Of a stretch of DNA of 64,000 nucleotides, positions 28,532-37,580 are shown piece after piece. The DNA is from Planctomycetota bacterium. Lineage in GTDB: Bacteria; Planctomycetota; UBA8108; SXIK01. The stretch covers positions 3,808,001-3,872,000 of the forward strand of contig OZ244999.1 in NCBI GenBank assembly GCA_965223265.1, written 5' to 3'. A model generated the notes under the pieces. It was not told the origin of the DNA, ran no database searches, and saw nothing but the letters and a program-made list of their open reading frames with translations. A program made the position numbers and the translations under genes. Numbering within the stretch: the stretch's first letter is position 1; each line of letters opens with the position of its first letter.

Positions 28532-29797
28532 ATGAGATCTTTTTTCGGTAGTTCGATCATTGCGATCTTCGCTGTTTCGTTCGCCCCGTTCGGGGAAGTC
28601 GACGCTCAAGGGACCTCGACGTCCCCGTCGTATGATCAGCTTTCGCCGGTGCTTCTTGGCTACCAGGACGCCAGCGCCGACGCGGGCACGTCGCAGCAAC
28701 TCCCCAACGTCCTTGGTTTCTTGAGTGAAGTGAAGGCTAACGGCTACATCAACGTCGCCTACGCCTACAACTTCAACGACAGCGAACGTACTGGCACGAA
28801 CTTTATTGGCGTCGAGACGCCGGGGCGCATCTTCGACATCTATCACAACGAGTTCACGGTCCACAACGTCTCGCTCAACCTCGAGAAGCCGGTGGATAAC
28901 GAAAACCTCATCGGTTTTCAGTTCAACCCAACGGTGGGTAAGGACAGCGCCATCACGCAGGACGCCAACATTGCGCTCGGCGGCAACGACATCGACGTCC
29001 AGGCGGCGAACATTCAGATCTACGCCCCTGACGACGTGGCGATCGTCGGCGGCACTACGTTTAAGGTCGGAAAGTTCTTGACCACCGCCGGCGCCGAACT
29101 CATCGACGCGCCTTACAACACGATGTTCTCCCGGACGCTCCTCTTCGGTCTCGCCATCCCGTTCGTGCATACGGGCATCCTCGGACAAAAGACCGTCCTC
29201 ACCCGCGACGATGGCACGAGCTCGCTGCTCGACGTGTCGCTCGGCATCGCCAACGGTTGGGGAAACCACAACGTCGGCTCGACCGGCGGCGGTAATTTCC
29301 CGACGTACCTGACCAACGCGACGTTGTCGCCGAGCGACAACTTCAGCACCACGGTCAACTACTTCGTCGGCGAGGTGACGGCTTCCGGCAAGTATCGAAA
29401 CCTGATCGATGTCGTCGTTGGCATTGACCCAGACGGCAACGAAGCAGAAGGGCTCAATTTGAGCTTCAACTTCGATTGGGCTTCGGATGCAGCCGGTAAC
29501 GCAACGACCGGCGGGCACGGAATCTGGTGGGGTTTCGCAGGAATCGCGCGCTGGGATTTCAACGAACGCTGGTACGCGGCGCTACGCGGCGAGTACTACG
29601 ACGATCACGATGGCAACACCATCGGGATCCCGAACCTTCAGGTGTTCGACATCACCTGGACCATCGGCTACAGACCGTTCCAGAGCCTGTTGCTGCGCTC
29701 AGAACTCCGGTATGACAAAGCCGACCAGAGTGTCTTCCAGAACGCCAATCACTCGCACCAGACGACTCTGTCGTTCGACGCGTCGTTCATCTTCTGA
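28532..29797 (+). CDS. Outer-membrane beta-barrel porin (BBP2/OmpL-like family)
   Basis: AGGAG RBS, signal peptide, GYINVAYAYNFN, GKFLT..GAELIDA..N..FSR..LF...PF.HTG, ALRGEYYDD, LRSELRYD, terminal Phe. Confidence 0.88.
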   Translation: MRSFFGSSIIAIFAVSFAPFGEVDAQGTSTSPSYDQLSPVLLGYQDASADAGTSQQLPNVLGFLSEVKANGYINVAYAYNFNDSERTGTNFIGVETPGRIFDIYHNEFTVHNVSLNLEKPVDNENLIGFQFNPTVGKDSAITQDANIALGGNDIDVQAANIQIYAPDDVAIVGGTTFKVGKFLTTAGAELIDAPYNTMFSRTLLFGLAIPFVHTGILGQKTVLTRDDGTSSLLDVSLGIANGWGNHNVGSTGGGNFPTYLTNATLSPSDNFSTTVNYFVGEVTASGKYRNLIDVVVGIDPDGNEAEGLNLSFNFDWASDAAGNATTGGHGIWWGFAGIARWDFNERWYAALRGEYYDDHDGNTIGIPNLQVFDITWTIGYRPFQSLLLRSELRYDKADQSVFQNANHSHQTTLSFDASFIF

Positions 29798-29820
29798 TTT
29801 AGAAGGCATCGGCGCTGAAC

Positions 29821-29886
29821 CCAGAGACGACGCTTGGCTCAAGAGTACGCGTGAGGCTGACTCTTGAGCCAAGCTCGCTTCTCTGG
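29821..29886. terminator. Long hairpin between convergent genes (likely bidirectional terminator)
   Basis: 15-bp perfect stem GCTTGGCTCAAGAGT/ACTCTTGAGCCAAGC, extended by CCAGAGA/TCTCTGG. Confidence 0.65.
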
Positions 29887-29922
29887 CCCTACGTAAAGAG
29901 AGCGCGCCCCAATTCAATCAGC

Positions 29923-30663
29923 TCACTTCGCCAACGCCGCGCGCACCGCGGCAGGAATCTCTTGAAACATGGCTTGGCACCGATCTTGTGCGGCGGCGAG
30001 TCCCGCGACCTTCGGGTCCGCTGTATTGCGAACGTAGCCAATCACCTCGTTCTCCGCCTCGACGAGCTTCTCGCAGCCAAGGGCGATTTCGGCGACGAGG
30101 TCGTTCGGAATTGTGGTGACACCGTTACAGTCGGCGTGCAGAACGTCGCCCGGTCGAACCTCGACACCTCCGATCTGGACTGGCACGTCCACATCGATCA
30201 CGCGGCAATAAGCGTGCGACGGGGAGACACAGGACGCGAAGCAGGGGAAGCCGATGGCTTCGACCTGATCTAGGTCACGCGCCCCTCCTGACGTGATCAG
30301 GCCGGCACAACCGAATGCCTGATACATCGAACACATCACTTCGCCAAACGTGGCGCCGAGAATCGGATCGTCTAGGTCCTGGAAGACGACGATGCGAGGC
30401 GTCGACACTTTCGCCTCGAATGATTCCACATGCTTGGAGAGCGACGAGTACACGTCCTTCTCGGACGCCGGCTCAGCGCTACGAAACGTAGCCGTCGTGG
30501 CGTAGCCGACGATCGGCGGCATCTTCGGAAACATCGCCTTGATGCGTGCATCCATGAAACCCTTGTTCCGCGGCCGGACGTCGAAGAGCTCAATCACATT
30601 GCACACTGTCGGAGTGTCGTACCGACGCAGAATCTCAAAATACTTCGGGTCGACGTTGTTCAT
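29923..30663 (-). CDS. RraA/HMG-aldolase family protein
   Basis: DTPTVCN, VGYATT, ATFGEVM, TSGGARD, VRPGDVLHADCNGV. Confidence 0.9.
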   Translation of the reverse strand: MNNVDPKYFEILRRYDTPTVCNVIELFDVRPRNKGFMDARIKAMFPKMPPIVGYATTATFRSAEPASEKDVYSSLSKHVESFEAKVSTPRIVVFQDLDDPILGATFGEVMCSMYQAFGCAGLITSGGARDLDQVEAIGFPCFASCVSPSHAYCRVIDVDVPVQIGGVEVRPGDVLHADCNGVTTIPNDLVAEIALGCEKLVEAENEVIGYVRNTADPKVAGLAAAQDRCQAMFQEIPAAVRAALAK

Positions 30664-30746
30664 GACACCTCTGGTTTTACCTCGTGCGCGAGAGAGACGG
30701 CAAAGCGATCCTCGCGGCGTTGACGCCACCCTCGCCGAGCAATGGC

Positions 30747-31571
30747 TTACTTGAGCGGTAGGATTTTTTCTAGAAGCGTTTTCGAACGCCGCACTCCTTC
30801 CGCCTCATCCAGTCTTTTTCCTTCGTACTCGATACCGATATACCCCTCGTAGCCGGACGCTTCGATCATCTTCACCATGCGCGGGTAGTCGATCGTCGTC
30901 TCGAGGCCCTCATCGTCAAAGTCAAACGTCTTCGCGCTGACGCCAAGAGCAAACGGCAGCAGCCTCTCAATGCTGTCGTATTTATCCGCAGCGGCGCTGA
31001 AGTTGCCGAAATCGGGCAACGTTCCAAGGTTGCCCCGCTGGGCACGTTGAATGAGGTCGACAACAGCTGGGATATTCGACGACAAGCCGCCGTGGTTCTC
31101 GAGGAGTATACTCACACCAGCCGGTCGAGCAAAGTCGGCCAAGGCGGTGCAGCTGTCGAGACAGCGCCGCAGTGTCGATTGAACGACGCCATTTTCGAGC
31201 GGCGTGTTCCACGCCAGGGGATGATCCCCACCGGTGTTGACGCGCACTGCGGTACATCCGAGATCGGCCGCAACCTCGATCCAATGCTGGTGACGGTGTA
31301 CGGCCTTGCGGCGCACTCGCGGTCGTCGGTGACTAAGATCTCCCTCGTCATCCACCATGATCATGAAGAACTTGACACCAACGTCACACGCCTGACGTTT
31401 CATTTCGGCAAGGACTTGCCGCGACCCGCCGTCGAGCAAATGGTTCACAAGCTCGATGACACCGATGTCGAACATCTCGCGGGCGACACGTGGAAAGTCG
31501 CGCCCTCGGATTTCCCCAGAGCGAATGCTTCGGTGGAGAGACCATTGAGCCAAGCTCAGCTCGTATGACAT
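30747..31571 (-). CDS. Sugar phosphate isomerase/epimerase (xylose-isomerase-like TIM barrel)
   Basis: LSLAQWSLHR, IMVDDEG, LENHGGLSS, TLPDFGNF, GVSAK, GIEYEG. Confidence 0.92.
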   Translation of the reverse strand: MSYELSLAQWSLHRSIRSGEIRGRDFPRVAREMFDIGVIELVNHLLDGGSRQVLAEMKRQACDVGVKFFMIMVDDEGDLSHRRPRVRRKAVHRHQHWIEVAADLGCTAVRVNTGGDHPLAWNTPLENGVVQSTLRRCLDSCTALADFARPAGVSILLENHGGLSSNIPAVVDLIQRAQRGNLGTLPDFGNFSAAADKYDSIERLLPFALGVSAKTFDFDDEGLETTIDYPRMVKMIEASGYEGYIGIEYEGKRLDEAEGVRRSKTLLEKILPLK

Positions 31572-31605
31572 ACCGTGTTCAACTCCGTCCTCAAGCCCAA
31601 ATCCA

Positions 31606-32595
31606 TCAGCACGTCCAGCCTCCGTCCTCCTGCTGGGAATAACCAACAGCGGTGAGTGCGGAGCGGATGCGATCGAACGATCCCTTGTGCGCTTCGATTG
31701 CATCCTTCTCGCCAAGCGAACGGCCACGCTTACCCGGCACTTCCAGGTTGAGCTGCACGGCCGGTACGGTCAGCGTGTCGCGGACCTTGGCGAAGACGGC
31801 TTCCAAATCAACTTGGCCGCGCCTCGGACCCGTGCGAGGGAAATGCCAAGTCTCGAGAAAACCTTCGTCGGTATCTTTCAGATGGATTTCGTACGTCGAC
31901 GCCGAAAACGCCGTCAACCACGTCGCATAGTCACGGTCGCGGTCGTCGGCACTCTCATCGAACCCGATACCGTGTCCAGTATCATAACAGACGCCAACTT
32001 CTGCCGTCTCTTCGGATCGATCGTGATGGTACTCACCTAGGACACGCAGAACTTCTTGTGTCTGATCGATCGTCGCGCAGTCTTCTCTCAGCGTCGCCGC
32101 CATCTCGACGAGCAGTCGCTTCACCCCGGCGCGACCCGCGTCGACCATCCAGCGCTTCCAGACCTCCAGCGCGCGCTTGCGCGCGGCCTCGAATTCATGC
32201 GCGTTCACCGCCGACTCCGCGTTCAACGTAAAAAACGATGCGCCGACGTGTGGCGCTCCGCAGCACGCCGCTTGTTCGATCAAGGATCGGCCAACAACAT
32301 AGGCACTCTCTCGAATGGCGGAGTTCGCAGCGCCGATGGCACCACAGTCTCGATACACGGTGAACACACACGTGATGTTCATGCCGAGATCTGCAGCATC
32401 CGCCGCAACCTGCCGATGGTGGGCACGGAACGCCTCCAGGTCGCTGCAAAAGAGGGCTGGGCCGAAGTCATTGTCGGCAACGAGTTCAACGTGGCGCAGT
32501 CCGAACTCGTCGCGCGCGATCTCCATCGCACGCCGCGGACCATAGACGTATTTGGCGAAATTGCAGTTAACTCCGAGAAGAATTCTGGGAGGCAT
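31606..32595 (-). CDS. Xylose-isomerase-like TIM barrel protein
   Basis: LLVE, CYDTGH, EIHLKDTD, LEVP metal-ligand pattern. Confidence 0.8.
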   Translation of the reverse strand: MPPRILLGVNCNFAKYVYGPRRAMEIARDEFGLRHVELVADNDFGPALFCSDLEAFRAHHRQVAADAADLGMNITCVFTVYRDCGAIGAANSAIRESAYVVGRSLIEQAACCGAPHVGASFFTLNAESAVNAHEFEAARKRALEVWKRWMVDAGRAGVKRLLVEMAATLREDCATIDQTQEVLRVLGEYHHDRSEETAEVGVCYDTGHGIGFDESADDRDRDYATWLTAFSASTYEIHLKDTDEGFLETWHFPRTGPRRGQVDLEAVFAKVRDTLTVPAVQLNLEVPGKRGRSLGEKDAIEAHKGSFDRIRSALTAVGYSQQEDGGWTC

Positions 32596-32682
32596 GGAGA
32601 AACAAACCTTGCTATGAACTGGGCGAAGCCGCCGTCGCAGCACAAACTGGGCACGGGCTCCGAGCCTCGATGGCTGCGCGCG

Positions 32683-33918
32683 CTACGACAATCGACTCTT
32701 GATCCGCGCCACCGCCTCCTCAACGTTGTCGCGACTGCCAAAGGCGCTCAGGCGAAAGTACCCCTCGCCGCTGGCGCCGAATCCCGAACCGGGCGTGCCG
32801 ACGACATGCACCTCGGAAAGGAGCTGATCGAAGAAATCCCAGGAGCTCTTCCCGTTCGGTGTCTTCAGCCAAATATATGGCGCGTTCTCGCCGCCGAAAA
32901 CCTCGAGTCCGGCGCCGCGCAGGCCGTCCCTGATCATGCGTGCGTTTTCCATGTAGTAGGAAATCAACTCTCGAACCTGAGCCTTGCCTGCCTCGGAGTA
33001 TACGGCCGCGGCGCCGCGCTGAATTGGGTACGAAACGCCGTTGAACTTCGTGCAGTGACGCCGATTCCAGAGTGCGTGGAGGGGCACGCGCTCTCCGCGT
33101 TCGTCCGTTCCCATGAGCTCCTTCGGCACGACCGTGTACGCACATCGAATCCCAGTAAAACCGGCAGTCTTCGAATAACTGCGAAACTCGATCGCAACCT
33201 CTCGAGCCCCGTCGATCTCGTAGATCGAGTGGGGGATCGATGGGTCAGAGATGAAGGCTTCGTAGGCGGCATCAAAAAGAATGACGGCCTCATTCTCTTT
33301 CGCGTAGGCAACCCAGTCTGCCAACACTTCGCGGCTGGCAACCGCGCCAGTTGGATTGTTGGGGTAGCACAGATAAATCAGGTCGACGGGTTCGCGTGGC
33401 AACTTCGGAAGGAAAGCATTCTCGTCGACGCATGGCATGTAGACCAAACCAGCGTATCGCCCGTCCTTGTCGGCGGCGCCGGCCCTACCGGCCATGACGT
33501 TGGTGTCGACGTAGACCGGATAGACTGGGTCGGCCACGGCAACACGACAAGTCGCTGAAAAAACTTCCTGTATGTTCGAGCTATCGCACTTGGCCCCGTC
33601 TGAAACGAAGACTTCGTCTGGACTCAGTTTGACGCCGCGCGCAGCGAAATCGTGCTCGACGATCAAATCACGCAGGAATCCGTACCCCTGCTCGGGGCCG
33701 TAGCCGCGAAAGGTGGCTGGGTCACCCATTTCGTCCGTGGCACGGTGTATGGCTTCGATCACCGCCGCGGGCAGCGGTAAAACGACGTCACCGATGCCGA
33801 GACGAATCACGGGAGCGTCGGGGTTGGCGTCGGCAAACGCTTGCACCCGGCGGGCAATCTCAGGAAAAAGGTACCCGGCGGTTAGCTTTCGATAGTTGGA
33901 GTTGATGCGAACCATCAC
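32683..33918 (-). CDS. dapL: LL-diaminopimelate aminotransferase
   Basis: [69 protein letters not shown]. Confidence 0.97.
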   Translation of the reverse strand: MMVRINSNYRKLTAGYLFPEIARRVQAFADANPDAPVIRLGIGDVVLPLPAAVIEAIHRATDEMGDPATFRGYGPEQGYGFLRDLIVEHDFAARGVKLSPDEVFVSDGAKCDSSNIQEVFSATCRVAVADPVYPVYVDTNVMAGRAGAADKDGRYAGLVYMPCVDENAFLPKLPREPVDLIYLCYPNNPTGAVASREVLADWVAYAKENEAVILFDAAYEAFISDPSIPHSIYEIDGAREVAIEFRSYSKTAGFTGIRCAYTVVPKELMGTDERGERVPLHALWNRRHCTKFNGVSYPIQRGAAAVYSEAGKAQVRELISYYMENARMIRDGLRGAGLEVFGGENAPYIWLKTPNGKSSWDFFDQLLSEVHVVGTPGSGFGASGEGYFRLSAFGSRDNVEEAVARIKSRLS

Positions 33919-33968
33919 ACCTCAGTTGACGCGAGTGGTCAATTCAAGCCACGGCTGCTGCGGCTTGA

Positions 33969-34144
33969 CAGCCTGTTGAAAAAGTGCTTCGAGCTGAAAC
34001 TGGTCGCTTCGCGTCCAGATCAACCGCGGCGAACGCAGGTAATCTCCGAGCCCTCTTCTATGAAAGATCACGGAGAGGTTCGCCGTGGCTGATCTGGACG
34101 CGAAGAGGCCGGTTTCTCAGCCGAATGACTTTTTCAACGGGCTG
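33969..34144 (-). mobile_element. Palindromic MITE, long variant (176 bp), 4-bp TTGA direct repeat
   Basis: TTGA|CAGCCTGTTGAAAAAG...CTTTTTCAACGGGCTG|TTGA. Confidence 0.9.
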
Positions 34145-34278
34145 TTGAACGTAGTGAACTCGGTACGGCCCGAAGACAAGGGCTCTACAGAGTAACGAAA
34201 ACGCGTGGCAAAACGAAGGGCGTTTTGCCTCCGCCTTGCTCCAGGAGCGACGACTGGAGCGGACCAATTGGTCGCGGT

Positions 34279-37044
34279 CTACTCGGCTTCGGCCAAGCTG
34301 CTCGCCGCTTTCTTCGTGCTCTTCTTGGCGGATTTCTTCTTCGCCTTCGCCGTCTTTTTCGCGGCGGTCTTCTTAGAAGCCTTCTTGGCGGTCGTCTTCT
34401 TCGAAGTCGTCTTCTTTGTCGTCTTCTTTGTCGTCTTCTTCTTCGCGCTCTTCTTCTTTGCAGTCTTCTTAGCTGCCTTCTTGGCGCCGCGTCGTGGCTT
34501 CGCAGGCCCTGCGGACTCACGCGCGCGAATGAGGTCAATCGCGGCGTCGAGTGTCACCTTCTCCGGATCTTCGCCACGCGGAATCGAAGCATTCGTGGTG
34601 CCGTTCGTGACGTAGGGGCCATAGCGCCCGGAGAGAAGACGGAGCGGCTCCTTGGTGAGAGGATCCTCACCCAGCTCTTTAAGCACGCGCGGCGCGCGGC
34701 GTCCACGCGGCTTCTCCTCGGCGAGCTTTTTCAAAGCCTCTTCGAGCGTAATCGAGAAGACCTGGTCCGGCTGCTCAAGAGTTCGTGTGTCGGTGCCGCG
34801 CTTGATATAAGGGCCGAAGCGCCCGTAGTCAGCCATGACGTCGGTTGAAGTTTGCGGACACGTGCCGAGCTTGAGCGGCAACGATAACAACTTCAGAGCC
34901 TGCTCGAGTGTGGTCGTCTCGAGCGTCATACCAGGGAACAGCGATTTCATCTTCGGCTTCTCGTCGCCGTCGTTCTCGCCGAGCTGAACGTACGGGCCGA
35001 ATCGACCAGTCTTGGCGTAAACCTTCTTGCCGCTGTCGGAGTCAACGCCCAGTTCATTCGGCTGGGACCCTTGCGCCAGCAGTTCGAGCGCTCGCTCAAG
35101 TGATAGCTCGTCCGGTGCGGTACCGTCCGGGATGGTCGCGCGTTCGTCGCCGCGCTCGATGTAAGGACCATAGCGCCCGATTCGAATATTGACCACCTGC
35201 CCGTCTTCGTCTTCTCCAAGTGGAAGCGTGCACGAAGCACGCGCATCGATCTCCTGTTGAGTGAGCTTTTTGAGGCCTTCCTTGGATTCGTGGCCAAAGT
35301 AGAAACTGCGGAGGTAAGGCACGGACTCCTTCTCACCGAGGGAGATCGCGTCGAGATGATCCTCCATGCGAGCTGTGAACTCGACATCAACAAGGTCGGC
35401 AAAGTGCCGTTCGAGAAGCTGGACGACGGCGAACCCCGTAAAACTCGGCACCAGGGCGTTGCCCTGTTTGAAGACGTACTCCCGGCGCAACACCGTTTCG
35501 ATGATGCTCGCATAGGTGCTCGGCCTGCCAACGCCGCGCGCTTCGAGTTCCTTGACCAAAGAAGCTTCAGTGTATCTGGCCGGGGGTTGGGTGGTGTGCC
35601 CCTTCGGCTCGATCTCACTCGCGGTGAGTGGTTGCTCCGCGCTCACGTCGGGCAACAAGACTTCCTTATCGGCAAGCACTGCGTTTGGGTCGTCGGCGCC
35701 CTCGACGTATGCCCGCAAGAAACCTGGAAAGTCGATCGTCTTGCCGCTCGCCTGAAAGACGCTCTCGTTTCCAACGACTTGGACTGAGATCCGGTGCCCA
35801 CGGGCGTCGGCCATTTGCGTCGCCATCGTTCGCTTCCAGATCAGCTCATACAGTCGGGCCTCACGGCCACCGACCTGTCGATCGACTTCCTCGGGATGCT
35901 TGAACTCTCCCGACGGCCGAATCGCCTCGTGCGCTTCCTGGGCGTTCTTGACGTTCGTCTTGAACTGACGCGCCTCGCGTGACAGGTAGTCCGCGCCATA
36001 GAGTTCACCGATCAAACCGCGCACGCTCTCGACGGCACTCTCGGCGAGCGTCGTTGAGTCGGTTCGCATGTACGTGATGTACCCGTTTTCGTAGAGGCGC
36101 TGCGCTGCTTGCATCGTGTCACGTGCCGAAAAGCGCAATTTCCGGTTCGCCTCTTGCTGCAGCGTACTGGTCGTGAACGGCGCCGAAGGTCGCTCGGTGT
36201 ACGGTTTCTTCTCGACCTTCAAAACACGCCAATCGGCCGTCTCGAGGTCGCTCGCAAGTTGACTCGCTTCCTCTTCGCTCAGGAGGACCGGGGCTTCGCC
36301 TGACTTCCCCGCTTTGAGCTCGCCAGTTGAACTGTCGAAGTCCTTCCCAGTGGCAAGTCGCCGCCCGCCGACAGAAACCAGACCGGCGGCAAACTCCTCG
36401 CCGCCCTCAGTACGAAATCGCGCGATCAGGTCCCAGTACGAACTCCGAACGAACTTCAAGCGTTCCCGTTCCCGCTCGACGACAAAGCGTAAAGCGACCG
36501 ATTGAACGCGCCCGGCAGAAAGTCCCTTCTTAATCTTTCGCCAGAGAATCGGGGAGACCTCATAGCCATAAAGGCGATCAAGAATGCGCCGAGCCTCTTG
36601 GGCGCGCACGAGTCCATGGTCAAGGTCGCGCGGATTCTCCACGGCGCGGCCGATCGCTTCCCGGGTGATCTCATGAAAAACGAGGCGCCGGTGGGGGACC
36701 TTCGGCTTCAAGACCTGAACGAGGTGCCAACTGATGGACTCTCCCTCCCGATCCTCGTCCGTCGCCAGGAGGAGCTCGTCCACGCCTTTGAGAAGACTCT
36801 TCAGTCGAGCGATCTGTTTCTTCTTCTCGCTGGGAACGACGTAGAGCGGCTCAAAGTCGTTCTCGATGTCGATTCCAAGGGTGGCCCAGGACTCACCCTT
36901 CAACTTCGCGGGAACCTCTTTCGCAGACTGCGGCAAGTCGCGGACGTGTCCGATGCTGGCCTCGACGACGAAACTCTTCGGTAAAAACTCCGAGATGGTT
37001 CTCGCCTTGGCCGGGGATTCGACGATGACTAAGCTCTTGCCCAC
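34279..37044 (-). CDS. topA: DNA topoisomerase I with C-terminal repeats and Lys-rich tail
   Basis: LVIVESPAKA, ATDEDREGE, SAGRVQS, GYITYMRTDS, AQEAHEAIRP, repeated GRY/FGPY modules. Confidence 0.98.
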   Translation of the reverse strand: MGKSLVIVESPAKARTISEFLPKSFVVEASIGHVRDLPQSAKEVPAKLKGESWATLGIDIENDFEPLYVVPSEKKKQIARLKSLLKGVDELLLATDEDREGESISWHLVQVLKPKVPHRRLVFHEITREAIGRAVENPRDLDHGLVRAQEARRILDRLYGYEVSPILWRKIKKGLSAGRVQSVALRFVVERERERLKFVRSSYWDLIARFRTEGGEEFAAGLVSVGGRRLATGKDFDSSTGELKAGKSGEAPVLLSEEEASQLASDLETADWRVLKVEKKPYTERPSAPFTTSTLQQEANRKLRFSARDTMQAAQRLYENGYITYMRTDSTTLAESAVESVRGLIGELYGADYLSREARQFKTNVKNAQEAHEAIRPSGEFKHPEEVDRQVGGREARLYELIWKRTMATQMADARGHRISVQVVGNESVFQASGKTIDFPGFLRAYVEGADDPNAVLADKEVLLPDVSAEQPLTASEIEPKGHTTQPPARYTEASLVKELEARGVGRPSTYASIIETVLRREYVFKQGNALVPSFTGFAVVQLLERHFADLVDVEFTARMEDHLDAISLGEKESVPYLRSFYFGHESKEGLKKLTQQEIDARASCTLPLGEDEDGQVVNIRIGRYGPYIERGDERATIPDGTAPDELSLERALELLAQGSQPNELGVDSDSGKKVYAKTGRFGPYVQLGENDGDEKPKMKSLFPGMTLETTTLEQALKLLSLPLKLGTCPQTSTDVMADYGRFGPYIKRGTDTRTLEQPDQVFSITLEEALKKLAEEKPRGRRAPRVLKELGEDPLTKEPLRLLSGRYGPYVTNGTTNASIPRGEDPEKVTLDAAIDLIRARESAGPAKPRRGAKKAAKKTAKKKSAKKKTTKKTTKKTTSKKTTAKKASKKTAAKKTAKAKKKSAKKSTKKAASSLAEAE

Positions 37045-37580
37045 CGCTTTAGGTCTCTTTCACATTCACTGCGGCTGCGACGGATCCGTCAACGCCTCGG
37101 GGGCGCTCGCCGTTGAGCGCCTGAACCTCGTGGGCGGGTTCAAGTAGAGGCGGTAACACTGAACTTTTTTTCGCCAGCACTCCGCCAAAGCTTTAGGGGA
37201 ACCCTCTGGCGTTCACCAATCGCTCTGCGGAGCGCACGCATCAGGCCGCTTTCAGCCTGCTTGAAAGTGCGCTTCGATCCAAAGACTAGGCTGGGGTCAG
37301 ACCGACCGCCGCCGACGTCGAACCACCGAGCCTTCGGATATCGCCGCGGTCGAATGTGCCGGGCAACCCTGGTTTCTCGGCCGGACTTCTCTCTGGCAGG
37401 CGAAAGCCCCGTGCTTTCTTGCCACACAAACAGGTGGATAGCAAGTCTGCGTTCGGGCCGTCGCGGCACCCGACGTCGCGGCGGCGGAGCACCTCTGCGC
37501 GCCACGCCAGGCACCGTTGGACGACCGCCTCGCCATCACCCAAGAAGGAGGTAACCACCACAATAAAAACGACTTACAAC

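Noticed and set aside
32056-33558. Long alternative ORFs (500 aa here; also 6283-7284, 21441-22520, 26419-27516, 28487-29518, 57703-58710)
   Set aside because: They lie antisense to well-supported genes, have no recognisable motifs, and are expected in high-GC DNA.
37330-37400. RNase P RNA (minus strand GAGAAGTCCGG resembles GAGGAAAGTCCGG)
   Set aside because: The match is imperfect and the 3' ACAGAACCCGGCTTA-type P4 partner is absent.
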